Below, piece by piece: positions 1 to 9,886 of a stretch of 64,000 bases of DNA. Position 1 is the first letter of the stretch, and every line of letters starts with the position of its first letter. The stretch is from Chitinophaga pinensis (GTDB taxonomy: Bacteria; Bacteroidota; Bacteroidia; UKL13-3). The stretch covers positions 3,915-67,914 of the forward strand of contig CAMCEM010000002.1 of assembly GCA_945873755.1 (NCBI GenBank), in the 5' to 3' direction. The notes under the pieces were generated by a model. The model had not been told where the DNA came from, did not search any database, and saw only the letters and a program-made list of their open reading frames with translations. A program made the translations under genes and the position numbers.

Positions 1-2236
1 TTGCTGATAAAACCAAATTATTCAAGTTGATATCACCTTTCAATTTGCTTTTATCGAAATAATAATAAATGCTGCTGGTATTTGATTTTACAATGGTTTC
101 CACATTATCAGTAAAAATAATTTTACCATTAAAATCTAAAACTTTGATTTTTAAATTACCTTTTATATTTTCTAATTTATCTGAAACAATAAATACTAAA
201 ACAGCATCGTTTTTTTCTTCAAACGAAATTAATAAATCATTGTACGATTTTTTCACTTGATAGTGCAAAGCTTTCCAATTTCCATCATCATCTATCGAAC
301 TCCAAGATGTAACAGGCCAACAATCATTTAACTGCCAATACAAAGTTCCCATACAATAGGGCATGGCCCTTCGGTGCGCTTCAATGGCTGTTTTCATTCC
401 TTCTGCTTGCAGCAATTGTGAAACATATATGTAATTATCAAAACTCTTTGAAATAGGGTAATCACGTTCCATATAAGTTTGAATGGTTTCAAATCCGGTT
501 GGATGTTTTTGATGAGTTTTTAAAACACTAGAATCAATTTTAAAAGCATTATTTTTGAATTGCAAAGCACCCATTTTTGTAAAAGTGCTTAATGAAGGCA
601 TCCCTTGAAAACCATATTCACTCATGTATCTTCCCACCTTTTTTTCGTAAGTTTCAAAAGGCTGCATTCCCCACCAAACGCCCCAATAATGTGCATCGCC
701 TTGCGTTAAACTTTCTTTGCGTCCCCAACCAATACTTGGTGAGCTTGGCCAATAAAACCTTGACTTATCCAATAATTGAATGGTATTTTTGATATTATTT
801 TCAAACAATAAAACATAGTCATTCCAAATTTTAGTGGAGTCAGTGGTATTATACTTATATTGTTTTTGCCAACCCCAATTTTTCCATCCTTCATCTATTT
901 CATTGTTACCACACCACATGGCCAAACTTGGATGATTTCTTAAACGAATTATTTGATCATTTACTTCCGCATTTACGTTTTCTAAAAAAGCTGAATCACC
1001 CGGATACATAGCGCATGCAAACATAAAATCTTGCCAAACCAATATGCCATTTTCATTACATAATTGATAAAAATAATCATTGGCATATTCGCCACCACCC
1101 CAAACGCGCAGCATATTCATGTTTGCAGCTTTGGCATCATTAATTAATTGTTTGGTTTTTGAAAACGGAACGCGTGGTAAAAAGTTGTCTTCAGGAATAT
1201 AATTGGCCCCTTTCATAAAAACAGGAATTCCATTTAATTTAAAGAAAAATGATTTTCCTAAACTGTCCTTTTCCTGAATTAATTCAATGGTTCGCAGCCC
1301 AAAAGTTATATCCTTTAAATCAATTTTTTTGCTAGCAGATTCTAAAATAATCGTATAATCATACAAATTTTGTTTACCTAAATTATGCGTCCACCATAGT
1401 TCAGGATTTTTGATTTTAGCATTTAACAAAACAGTGTTTTTCCCTTTTTGCAGTTCAATAAAAGTATCTTTAAATAATGGCAAATCACGACTTGGTTTTG
1501 AATTATACATTTTAAAATTATACATCCCCTCTTTACTACAATTTACTTCCACTTTAAATTGTATTTGCGCCAATTCTTTGGTGAGTTTTTCTTGGATAAA
1601 CTGCACGTGATTTATTTTGGCTTGATTCCAAAAATGTAAATGAACAGCTTTATAAACTCCACAAGTTACAAATCGTGGACCCCAATCCCAACCGTAATGA
1701 TACTGCGCCTTTCGTGTAAAAACTTTTTCGTTTCCGGGTAATTCATAAGGTAGTTTTTTTGCTTCCGCTTCTCCCCTATTAACTGCTGATTCAAAAACAA
1801 TTTTTAATTGATTATTGCCAATTTTCAAAAATCTTTTTACCTCTAAATTCCATGAACGAAACATGTTATTGGCAGTTAAAATTAATGAGTCGTTCACATA
1901 CACTTTTGCGTAAGTATCTAAGCCTTCAAAATTCAAATCAATGTATTCATTTTGATATTCGGATTTAGTAATAATAAAATCAGTTTTATATTCCCAATTT
2001 TCACGATCAATATACTGTAAAAGCTTTTCGTTATTGCCTATAATAGGATTTGGAATAATTTTATTTTGGAATAAATCGGTGTGAACGGTTCCAGGAATTT
2101 TAGCGGAAAACCATTTATTTTCTTGGGTGTTTTTAAATAGCCATTTTTCCTTCGACAAATCTCTTTCTGAAGTTTGAGAAATTGCCAGCATTGGCAAACA
2201 AATAATAGCTAAAAAAAGGACAATTAATTTCTTCAA
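1..2236 (-). CDS. GH2 beta-mannosidase, partial. The C-terminus runs off the window start. Probable TTG start at 2234-2236, overlapping the cutC stop as TTGA.
   Basis: Minus-strand reading from 2236 gives LKKLIVLFLAIICLPMLAISQ (signal peptide), then a long open frame with GH2 beta-mannosidase-like blocks (WQDFMFACAMYP, KGANYIPEDNFLPR). It is missing from the ORF track only because it has no stop inside the window. It sits in a glycan-degrading context. Confidence 0.7.
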   Translation of the reverse strand, partial: MKKLIVLFLAIICLPMLAISQTSERDLSKEKWLFKNTQENKWFSAKIPGTVHTDLFQNKIIPNPIIGNNEKLLQYIDRENWEYKTDFIITKSEYQNEYIDLNFEGLDTYAKVYVNDSLILTANNMFRSWNLEVKRFLKIGNNQLKIVFESAVNRGEAEAKKLPYELPGNEKVFTRKAQYHYGWDWGPRFVTCGVYKAVHLHFWNQAKINHVQFIQEKLTKELAQIQFKVEVNCSKEGMYNFKMYNSKPSRDLPLFKDTFIELQKGKNTVLLNAKIKNPELWWTHNLGKQNLYDYTIILESASKKIDLKDITFGLRTIELIQEKDSLGKSFFFKLNGIPVFMKGANYIPEDNFLPRVPFSKTKQLINDAKAANMNMLRVWGGGEYANDYFYQLCNENGILVWQDFMFACAMYPGDSAFLENVNAEVNDQIIRLRNHPSLAMWCGNNEIDEGWKNWGWQKQYKYNTTDSTKIWNDYVLLFENNIKNTIQLLDKSRFYWPSSPSIGWGRKESLTQGDAHYWGVWWGMQPFETYEKKVGRYMSEYGFQGMPSLSTFTKMGALQFKNNAFKIDSSVLKTHQKHPTGFETIQTYMERDYPISKSFDNYIYVSQLLQAEGMKTAIEAHRRAMPYCMGTLYWQLNDCWPVTSWSSIDDDGNWKALHYQVKKSYNDLLISFEEKNDAVLVFIVSDKLENIKGNLKIKVLDFNGKIIFTDNVETIVKSNTSSIYYYFDKSKLKGDINLNNLVLSA

Positions 2237-2904
2237 ACTAGTTTGGATTTAAGCATAAAAACTTCATCCAAATTGGCTGTTTCATTTTTTAAAACAGCTG
2301 ATGAATGAAACCAATTGGTATTAATATTTTCTTTCAACATTTCAATATTATTAGCACGAACTCCGCCACCCGGCATGATGCAAATTTTATTATTTGCTTT
2401 TGAAGCCAAAGCTTTCAATGATGATAAACCTTCCATTGCATTATTAGCATTTCCCGAAGTTAGTATGGTGCTGAATCCACATTCAATGATTTTATCTAAG
2501 GCATCCATTTGATTATTCATTTCGTCAAAAGCCCTGTGGAATGTGCATGGCAAAGGGTTTGCTAATTGAACCAATTCTTTATTTTGAATGAAATTCACTT
2601 CCTTATTTTCTGTTAATATTCCAAAAACAAATCCATCAGCACCCGCATTTTTAAACTCTAAAATATCGTTTTTCATTTGTTCAAATTCCTCATTTGAATA
2701 AATAAAATTTCCTCCTCTTGGACGAATCATTACAAAAATTGGAATATGGATTTTTGATTTTAATAAAATAAAATCTGCTAATTTTGGGGTAACACCACCT
2801 ACATTCATGTCTGCACAAAACTCAATTCTATTGGCACTTGCTTGCTGCGCAATGATGGCAGATTCCAAATTAAAACAAGCAATTTCTAAATGGTTTTTTT
2901 GCAT
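2233..2904 (-). CDS. cutC: Copper homeostasis protein CutC
   Basis: 223 aa with a CutC-family TIM-barrel pattern: MQKNHLEIACFNLESAIIAQQ... and a C-terminal ICIMPGGGV. Confidence 0.8.
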   Translation of the reverse strand: MQKNHLEIACFNLESAIIAQQASANRIEFCADMNVGGVTPKLADFILLKSKIHIPIFVMIRPRGGNFIYSNEEFEQMKNDILEFKNAGADGFVFGILTENKEVNFIQNKELVQLANPLPCTFHRAFDEMNNQMDALDKIIECGFSTILTSGNANNAMEGLSSLKALASKANNKICIMPGGGVRANNIEMLKENINTNWFHSSAVLKNETANLDEVFMLKSKLV

Positions 2905-2922
2905 AAATATTCAAACTTTTAG

Positions 2923-3909
2923 TTAAAGTTTATAATGATAAGGCGCATCCAATAAAACATTCCCTGAATTGTCGTGAACGGCATAATTAAAGCCACTTTG
3001 CACACAATACGAACCATGTTCACCATTTTTATTTAACGCAATAAAACCAACTTGAATATCTTTCAATTCTTTCTTCCTTAATTTCATTAATTTTACAACC
3101 CTGGCTACTGCTTCTTCGCAAGCCTTTTGAGGCGAATTTCCTTGACGCATTAACTCAACCACTAAATGACAACCAGCAATTCTAATTACTTCCTCTCCAT
3201 GACCAGTTGCAGTGGCTGCGCCAATTTCATTATCTACGTACAAACCTGCACCAATAATGGGCGAATCGCCCAGTCGGCCATGCATTTTGAAAGCCATTCC
3301 GCTGGTGGTACAAGCACCCGAAAGATTGCCATTTGCATCTAATGCAATCATGCCAATGGTATCATGATTTTCAATATTTACAATGGGTTTGTATTGGGAA
3401 GTTTTTAACCATTCTTTCCATTCTTTTTCGGAAGCTTCTACCAATAAATTTTCTTTTTTAAAACCTTGCGAAAGTGCAAATTGCAAAGCACCATCACCCA
3501 CAAACATCACATGTGGCGACTTTTCCATAACAGCTCTTGCCACCGAAATAGGATGCTTAATAAATTCTAAACAAGCTACAGAACCAATATTCGACATTTC
3601 ATCCATGATGCAAGCATCTAATGTAACTCTTCCATCTCTATCTGGTCGGCCGCCATAACCTACACTTCGTTCATTTGGATCCGCTTCGCAAACCATTACA
3701 CCAGCTTCCACCGCATCTAAAGCTTTACCATTATTTTTCAATATTTCCCATGCAGTTTCATTGCATTTTAGTCCAAATTTCCAAGTAGATAAAACTATTG
3801 GTTTGTTCACTTTTCCATTCGGTTTAATTTCAGCATTTGCGCTTCTATTTACCAATAATGCTGCCGAAGCCAATGCCGATGTTTTTAAAAATTTTCTTCT
3901 GTCTGTCAT
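2923..3909 (-). CDS. N4-(beta-N-acetylglucosaminyl)-L-asparaginase (glycosylasparaginase), an Ntn-hydrolase with a Tat signal
   Basis: MTDRRKFLKTSALASAALL is a twin-arginine signal. ...DTIGMIALD...GAATATGHGE... are asparaginase_2/Ntn autoprocessing motifs. It lies next to the GH20 and GH2 genes. Confidence 0.75.
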   Translation of the reverse strand: MTDRRKFLKTSALASAALLVNRSANAEIKPNGKVNKPIVLSTWKFGLKCNETAWEILKNNGKALDAVEAGVMVCEADPNERSVGYGGRPDRDGRVTLDACIMDEMSNIGSVACLEFIKHPISVARAVMEKSPHVMFVGDGALQFALSQGFKKENLLVEASEKEWKEWLKTSQYKPIVNIENHDTIGMIALDANGNLSGACTTSGMAFKMHGRLGDSPIIGAGLYVDNEIGAATATGHGEEVIRIAGCHLVVELMRQGNSPQKACEEAVARVVKLMKLRKKELKDIQVGFIALNKNGEHGSYCVQSGFNYAVHDNSGNVLLDAPYHYKL

Positions 3910-5534
3910 TATTTAATTGGTAAAAAATGTTTGGCGTAATTAACTTTCATTCTATCTAAAATTCCTTTGTGAATGTATAATCTTTCTTGAAAATCTGGAA
4001 AATTTTTGTACTCCATATTGGTCCATAAAACCTCTGATAAAGCGCTCATTCTTGGCAAAGCCATGTACTCAACTTGTGAAAAATTAGTAATGTATTCTGT
4101 CCAAACATTTGCTTGCGCACCCATGATAAATTTTTGTTCATTTTCATTTAAAGAATCTGGAGTTGGGTTATAATTATAAACGGAATCTAATGGATTAAAT
4201 CCACCAATTGCCATGGGTTCAGCAGCTTTGTCCCTGCTTTGATAATGATCAAAATAACATGGTCTTCCCGGACTCATTACCACAAAATGATTTTGTTTGG
4301 CGGCAGCAATTCCACCATTGATTCCTCTCCAACTCATTAACGCTGCGTTGGGTGCTAATCCACCTTCTAAAATTTCGTCCCAACCTATAATTTGTCGTCC
4401 ATTTGCATTCACATATTTTTCAATTCTGGTAATAAAATAACTTTGTAATTCTTCTTCATTTTTTAAATGTTCATCTGCTTTTCGCTTCTGGCATTTTGCG
4501 CACGATTTCCATTTAGTTTTTACACACTCATCGCCCCCAATATGAATGTATTTACTCGGAAATAATTCCATTACTTCCTTTAAAATATTTTCTAAAAACA
4601 CAAAAGCTTCATCGTTTCCAGTACAATACACATCATCGGAAACACCCCAACGGCTATAGGTTTCAAACGGACCAGCATTACACGCATATTGCGGATACGC
4701 AGCCAAAGCAGCTAATGAATGTCCGGGCATTTCTATTTCAGGAAGTACCGTAATATGTCTGTTTTTTGCATACGCAACAATTTCTTTGATGTCGTTTTGC
4801 GTGTAAAAACCCTCATACAAAGTGCTGTCGTATTTATCGTTTGCGGAAGGATTTCCTAATGAATCAAATGTTGGTTTGCCAATTAAAGTGGCTTTTCGTT
4901 TACTACCAATTTTAGTTAAAAACGGATATTTTTTTATTTCAATTCGCCATCCTTGGTCATCCACCAAATGCCAATGAAAAACATTTAGTTTATACATGGC
5001 CAAATAATCAATGTACTTTTTTACTTCGTTTTTAGTAAAAAAATGACGGCTACAATCTAAGTGCATGCCACGCCATTGGTAGCGTGGCGCATCATTTATT
5101 TGCAAACATGGAATTTTTAAAACAGTACTTTTTTCAATAGGCAATAATTGAATCAATGTTTGAATGCCATAAAAAATTCCAGCATTGTTTAAAGCATATA
5201 TATTGATTGTATTTTTTGAAACATTTAGTTGATATTCTTCTCTGTTGTTTTCACAATCTTTTCCATTTGCATTTAAAAAAGTGATTATATTTATAGCTGC
5301 TTTGGTTTTATGTGTAACTTTTAGTTTTAAACCATAATTTTCAAAAATATATTGCTTTAAATAAGCTGCTTCAGCAGATTTTTTTTCGGCAAAAATGATG
5401 GTGTTTTCATTGATAGAAAATGTTCCTTCTGCCTTTTGAATGCTATTAGGCAAAGGAATTAGCGGAAGTATTTGTGCTTGAATTTGAAAAAACAAAAACA
5501 AGGTACAGACACTTAAAAATACTTTTTTTATCAT
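3909..5534 (-). CDS. GH20 beta-N-acetylhexosaminidase
   Basis: 541 aa with a signal peptide. HLDCSRHFF, HWHLVDDQGWRIEI and IHIGGDE are GH20 catalytic-domain motifs. Confidence 0.85.
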   Translation of the reverse strand: MIKKVFLSVCTLFLFFQIQAQILPLIPLPNSIQKAEGTFSINENTIIFAEKKSAEAAYLKQYIFENYGLKLKVTHKTKAAINIITFLNANGKDCENNREEYQLNVSKNTINIYALNNAGIFYGIQTLIQLLPIEKSTVLKIPCLQINDAPRYQWRGMHLDCSRHFFTKNEVKKYIDYLAMYKLNVFHWHLVDDQGWRIEIKKYPFLTKIGSKRKATLIGKPTFDSLGNPSANDKYDSTLYEGFYTQNDIKEIVAYAKNRHITVLPEIEMPGHSLAALAAYPQYACNAGPFETYSRWGVSDDVYCTGNDEAFVFLENILKEVMELFPSKYIHIGGDECVKTKWKSCAKCQKRKADEHLKNEEELQSYFITRIEKYVNANGRQIIGWDEILEGGLAPNAALMSWRGINGGIAAAKQNHFVVMSPGRPCYFDHYQSRDKAAEPMAIGGFNPLDSVYNYNPTPDSLNENEQKFIMGAQANVWTEYITNFSQVEYMALPRMSALSEVLWTNMEYKNFPDFQERLYIHKGILDRMKVNYAKHFLPIK

Positions 5535-5650
5535 GGGATATATTTCTCTAAAATTGAATAAACAATAGTAGTAAAATATATAATGATTTCAATAAAGGAA
5601 AAAAGGAGTTTTAAAAGGAGATTTTTGTAAAAAAAGGAAGGAATTCTTGA

Positions 5651-5692
5651 ACCACATAGAAAATAAAGTTTATGCTAAATTTTCTATGTGGT
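5651..5692 (-). terminator. Perfect 14-bp hairpin downstream of msrA (accacatagaaaat...attttctatgtggt). Likely an intrinsic terminator, though the T-run is offset.
   Basis: The inverted repeat is read directly from the sequence. A cttttttt run follows on the minus strand about 10 nt after the stem. Confidence 0.35.
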
Positions 5693-5728
5693 ATAATTAG
5701 CAACTATGTGTTAAGTTTTTTAAAAAAA

Positions 5729-6391
5729 TTATTTTTTACCAAACTTATCTCCAAATACTTTCTTAAACTTTTCTAACTTAGGAGCTATTACAAATTGGCA
5801 GTAAGGTTGGTCGTTGTTTTGATTATAGTAGTTTTGATGGTAATCTTCTGCAGTGTAATAGTTATTAATTGCAGTAATTTCAGTAACAATTGGTTTTGCA
5901 AATGCACCTGATTTATCTAAATCTGTTTTATACTTTTCGGCCAATTGTTTTTGATAATCGCTATTATAAAATACTGCAGAGCGGTACTGAGTGCCAATAT
6001 CGTTGCCTTGTTGGTTTAATGTAGTTGGGTCGTGGGTTTGCCAAAAAATAGAAAGTAAAGTTTCGAAACTTACTTTACTTGAATCGAACCAAATTTTACA
6101 TACTTCGGCATGGCCAGTTTTACCATAACAAACCTCGCGGTAAGTAGGATTTTTTACATCGCCATTGGTGTAACCACTTTCAATTTTTATTACACCATTT
6201 ACTTGTTGAAATACGGCTTCCACACACCAAAAACAACCAGCACCAAATACTGCTGTTGAAAGTGTGTCGTTATTTTCTGTTGTCATTTTTGTAGGAGTTT
6301 GATTGGTTTGTTTGTTGTTGTTTTGAGCACAACTTGTTAAACTTACTATTAGTAAAGTTTGTAAGTAAAAAATAGTTTTTAAAATTTTCAT
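5729..6391 (-). CDS. msrA: Peptide methionine sulfoxide reductase MsrA, secreted or lipoprotein form
   Basis: FGAGCFWCVEAVF...GYTNG...YREVCYGKTGHAEV is the canonical MsrA active site. The N-terminus has a signal peptide. Confidence 0.9.
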   Translation of the reverse strand: MKILKTIFYLQTLLIVSLTSCAQNNNKQTNQTPTKMTTENNDTLSTAVFGAGCFWCVEAVFQQVNGVIKIESGYTNGDVKNPTYREVCYGKTGHAEVCKIWFDSSKVSFETLLSIFWQTHDPTTLNQQGNDIGTQYRSAVFYNSDYQKQLAEKYKTDLDKSGAFAKPIVTEITAINNYYTAEDYHQNYYNQNNDQPYCQFVIAPKLEKFKKVFGDKFGKK

Positions 6392-6518
6392 TTTTTATAG
6401 TAATTAATTCAATGGCAAATATGATATAATAAATAACAAACGTTTTTTATTTAAGTTTGGTTTTGTAAGCCTGATTACATTTTAAAAAAAATACTTAATT
6501 TACGATTATTAAAAAATC

Positions 6519-6914
6519 TTAGTTGCTTGTTGTTTTACTAGGCTTTAAAATATTCCAAATTAGAATGGCAAATAGCGCAGTTAATATGGCAAAAAACTTT
6601 TCAAAATTTGATTTTGCAAAAATATTACCCACTGTATTTAGAATAAACAGCCCAAAGAAAAACCATAAAATTACATTTATTGTTTTAGTTGAAAACTTAA
6701 ATTTCACTAAATCAATTTTCATTAAAAGAATCCATGATAAAAATACATTTATTAGTATTGAAATACTTTCAAAAACGTACATTTCATTGTCAGTTGTAAT
6801 TTGTCCACCCCAAGCTATGTGGTAAGGAATTATTTTTACAACAATGCAAACATGAAATAATATTATGGAAAAAAGTAATCCCAAGAACAGTTTTATGGAG
6901 TAGTTAATATTCAT
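6519..6914 (-). CDS. Small hypothetical integral membrane protein with about 4 TM segments
   Basis: 131-aa strongly hydrophobic ORF with no recognisable motif. Confidence 0.4.
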   Translation of the reverse strand: MNINYSIKLFLGLLFSIILFHVCIVVKIIPYHIAWGGQITTDNEMYVFESISILINVFLSWILLMKIDLVKFKFSTKTINVILWFFFGLFILNTVGNIFAKSNFEKFFAILTALFAILIWNILKPSKTTSN

Positions 6915-7024
6915 ATTTATTTTTTTTAAATTGGTTTTTAACGTTTTTCAGCTTGGCGTAGTGGCGTATGATTAACCTCCGCTAATTGGCGGACCCACTT
7001 TTGACAAACCCGACTTAGTTACTG

Positions 7025-7076
7025 CCCTTCTTACGGTCAATGTTCTGTCGTGTCGAGTTAGCATTGTCCTTGTGCG
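7025..7076 (+). repeat. Conserved non-coding element, copy A (paralog of 9834-9886). Relatively GC-rich.
   Basis: cccttcttacggtcaatgttctgtcgtgtcgagttagcattgtccttgtgcg is about 80% identical to tccttcttttggtcaatggtctttcatatcgagtttgcactgtccttttgcg at 9834-9886, in the same orientation. Neither copy lies in a credible ORF. Confidence 0.5.
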
Positions 7077-7319
7077 AGAATGGACCAGGTACACCCACAT
7101 AATAAAGGTAGATTTGCTAAACATTCAGATGAAAGAATAGAGGAGAAGGCTTAAATCAAGGAGCACAAAAAACATGGTTTTGTGAATTTGTATTATATCT
7201 TGAGCTAATGGCCAATATTCTAACAAGCTATATTATAAATTAGAATACAATAATTTTCCTATTCAAATAAATATCGAAAAAATGACGCGATTAAATCCAT
7301 TGTTACTTGGCTTATAAGA

Positions 7320-8768
7320 CTAATTATTGTTCTGATTTATTGGCAGAAAAATAGAAAAAATACTTCCTTCGCCAAGCTTACTTTCTATTTTCAAACTTCC
7401 ATTCATTGCTACAATAAATTCATTACAAATCATTAATCCCAAGCCGCTTCCCTTTTCACCTTCAGTGCCATTTAAACTTTGTTTAGAATTGCTATTATTT
7501 AGATTTTGCAGCATTTCTTCATTCATACCAATGCCTTTATCAACTATTTGAATTAATACCTCTTTATTGTTTTCTGAATTCTCTGAAAAAAGTATTGATA
7601 TCTGTGAACCAACATGTGAAAATTTAATGGCATTATGTATTAAGTTACGCAATACAACCAACATTAGGTTTTTATCAGCAAAAAATTCCTTTGTAGTAGT
7701 TTCAGTATGTTGAATTGAAATTGATTTGACTTCACTAATGGGATTAATTTGAAGGATAATCTCTGAAATTATTGAAGCAAAATTTAAGCTTTCAACATTA
7801 ACCTTAATTCCTTGCTCCATGCCAACCTTAGCCCAACTCATAATATTCTCGAAAGTACCTGAAAGGCCATGAATTGACTTATTTATATCCTTACAAAACA
7901 ACATGAACTCTTCATCACTCAAATCATTGTCTGCATGCAAATCTATTATGTTTCTTAAGTTAGCAATCGGACTTCTCATATCGTGAGCAACAACAGAAAA
8001 TAATTTAGATTTTTGTGCATTTAATTCTTGTAGAACTTTTGCTTGTTCTTCAATTTGACTATTCTTTTCTTTTAATCGCTGATTGAATCTTCTTTGATTT
8101 ATAAGAGTAATAATCAACCAAAATACAATGATGATAATGAAAAATATTATGTACTTTCTCCTGTCCGACTTATCCTCCAGCTCAGAAATCTTGCTTACAT
8201 TTTCCTCAAAAGCAAAACGTTTACTATTTAAATTAGAAGTTAAAAACAATTTATTCCTATACCTGCTTTTTAATGCGAGATAAGCTTTCTGCATATTTTC
8301 AAGCGCCTCCATTTTATTTCCCTTCAATAACTGAAGCGCTCCTAGTTTACTCGTTCTTTCCATATTATAAATACTATTCTCTTCTTCATTCTTTGTTGAA
8401 TAAGCATTTATCAATGAATCTGCCTGATTTAAATAAATCTCTGCCTCTTTCACGTTATTTTGAGATAATTTAATATCGACTAAAGCTAAAATAGCATTGA
8501 TTGCGCTGGTAATTTGGTTTGAAAGTATAGATTCTTTTTTATCAATAATTAATAATTTCTCCGCCATTGCAAAATCGCCTTTGCTAGCCAAAATACTTCC
8601 TAAATTTCCTGATATGATTCCTATCCAAATTCTATTACTATCCCTTTTAGCCCTGTATAATCCAAGTCGAAAGTACTTTTCTGCTGAATCTAATTGTTCC
8701 TCATTTTTAAAAAGCATACCAAATGAATTAGCTAATTGAATGGATTCATAACCATCAAAATTCTTCAA
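7320..8768 (-). CDS. Sensor histidine kinase, C-terminal part (TPR, TM, HisKA, HATPase). It is in frame with 8781-9275 across a single TAA and the two are probably one disrupted gene.
   Basis: VVAHDMRSPIANL is the H-box, and the C-terminus carries HATPase_c N/G boxes. The ORF has no ATG start (only a TTG at 8766-8768) and no signal peptide. Minus-strand reading across the junction is ...LSD*ETAGLKNFDG. Confidence 0.75.
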   Translation of the reverse strand: MKNFDGYESIQLANSFGMLFKNEEQLDSAEKYFRLGLYRAKRDSNRIWIGIISGNLGSILASKGDFAMAEKLLIIDKKESILSNQITSAINAILALVDIKLSQNNVKEAEIYLNQADSLINAYSTKNEEENSIYNMERTSKLGALQLLKGNKMEALENMQKAYLALKSRYRNKLFLTSNLNSKRFAFEENVSKISELEDKSDRRKYIIFFIIIIVFWLIITLINQRRFNQRLKEKNSQIEEQAKVLQELNAQKSKLFSVVAHDMRSPIANLRNIIDLHADNDLSDEEFMLFCKDINKSIHGLSGTFENIMSWAKVGMEQGIKVNVESLNFASIISEIILQINPISEVKSISIQHTETTTKEFFADKNLMLVVLRNLIHNAIKFSHVGSQISILFSENSENNKEVLIQIVDKGIGMNEEMLQNLNNSNSKQSLNGTEGEKGSGLGLMICNEFIVAMNGSLKIESKLGEGSIFSIFLPINQNNN

Positions 8769-8780
8769 TCCGGCCGTTTC

Positions 8781-9275
8781 TTAATCACTTAATAATTTTT
8801 CATTCTCGTAAAAATGTCTTTTTGCTTCTTTATCTTGATTTATAGCTGATAAAAAATGGCAAACCTTTAAATTTAAATGGAAAAATTCTTTAAAAAGCTT
8901 CTTTTCTTTTAATTCATATTCTGTTTGTTCAATAATGGTGTGAAATTGAGCAGGACGACCAATATACATTTCCATCACTGCTTTTGAAAAATTCAATAAA
9001 TATTTTGTATGCAGAAACTCAGGACGTTTATTGTAGAATTTATCAAATTCATTGATATAATACTTCAATTCCTTTAAAGCAATTGTAGAACGATAGGTAT
9101 GATCACAAAGGGTTTCTAAAAAGCGAATTAGTTTCTCATCACTCGGATTGGATTTTAACTTTTGGAAAATCTCTTTATGTCTAATAATATTCCTAGCTTC
9201 TTCTAAAGTATCAATCTGAGCAAATGAGACTTTAACTAAAAATGTGAAAAGAATGATTGGTAGTATTTTTTTCAT
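8781..9275 (-). CDS. N-terminal fragment (signal peptide plus TPR-like helices) of the TPR sensor kinase, ending at an in-frame TAA
   Basis: MKKILPIILFTFLVKVSFAQ is a signal peptide. The frame is the same as the kinase ORF and a single stop at 8781-8783 separates them. The combined 646 aa matches typical Bacteroidetes TPR-HK length. Confidence 0.6.
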   Translation of the reverse strand: MKKILPIILFTFLVKVSFAQIDTLEEARNIIRHKEIFQKLKSNPSDEKLIRFLETLCDHTYRSTIALKELKYYINEFDKFYNKRPEFLHTKYLLNFSKAVMEMYIGRPAQFHTIIEQTEYELKEKKLFKEFFHLNLKVCHFLSAINQDKEAKRHFYENEKLLSD

Positions 9276-9526
9276 AGATTAGTTACAAAATAAATAAAAA
9301 AATGGGAAACAATTTAATTTCATCCAAATTGAAAAAAATAATTCTTGAAAAATTAGTGAAACAAAGTTATTTGTCGTTTATTTAAAAATGATGCTTGATA
9401 TAAATTTTATAGCAGATTATTCATAAAATATTAATATCTATTAATAACAATTTCAAAAATAATCAGTCATATACAAAATGTATTTAAAATTATTTCAGAC
9501 ATGTGGCATATGAGTTCAAACGCAAA

Positions 9527-9790
9527 TAGCAATTATATCAGACCCACATGGATGAGTACTTTATAGAAGTGATGGAAGCCATTTGTAAAAGGGCAACTTG
9601 TGGCAGAGGAAGAAGTGATTGTGTGCAGGTTCTCCAATTGGATTAGCTCATTGTGATGAAGTGGTTCATCAAATAAAAAAAATGATTCATAAAGATGATA
9701 TATCACGGAACATTATGTGAGAACTGTGCATGCAGAACAAAATGCCATTTGTATGGCAGCAAAGTAGACCTAAAAAAAGTAGCCAAATTG
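9527..9790 (+). pseudogene. dCMP deaminase (ComEB-like) pseudogene: several frameshifts, an internal deletion and a missing C-terminus
   Basis: Pieces in different frames: ...PTW/DEYFIEVMEAICKRATCGRGRSDCV..., GSPIGLAHCDEVVHQ and TEHYVRTVHAEQNAICMAAK*. These match the deaminase zinc motifs HxE and HAEQNA, but the PCxxC region is absent. Confidence 0.55.
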
Positions 9791-9833
9791 TTCAGCAAAA
9801 AATAAAGTGAAATGGATAATAGAATAGTGGCTT

Positions 9834-9886
9834 TCCTTCTTTTGGTCAATGGTCTTTCATATCGAGTTTGCACTGTCCTTTTGCGG
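9834..9886 (+). repeat. Conserved non-coding element, copy B (paralog of 7025-7076). It starts about 430 nt of GC-richer non-coding DNA.
   Basis: See copy A. The following stretch (9890-10260) has no credible ORF and contains gggtcggc direct repeats. Confidence 0.5.

Noticed and set aside
6940-7150. RNase P RNA, tmRNA, SRP RNA or a riboswitch for conserved element A
   Set aside because: The universal RNase P blocks (GGAAAGTCCGGGC, ACAGAACCCGGCTTA) are absent. There is no tRNA-like 3' end for tmRNA, no SRP domain IV motif, and no recognisable riboswitch core. It is left as an unclassified conserved element.
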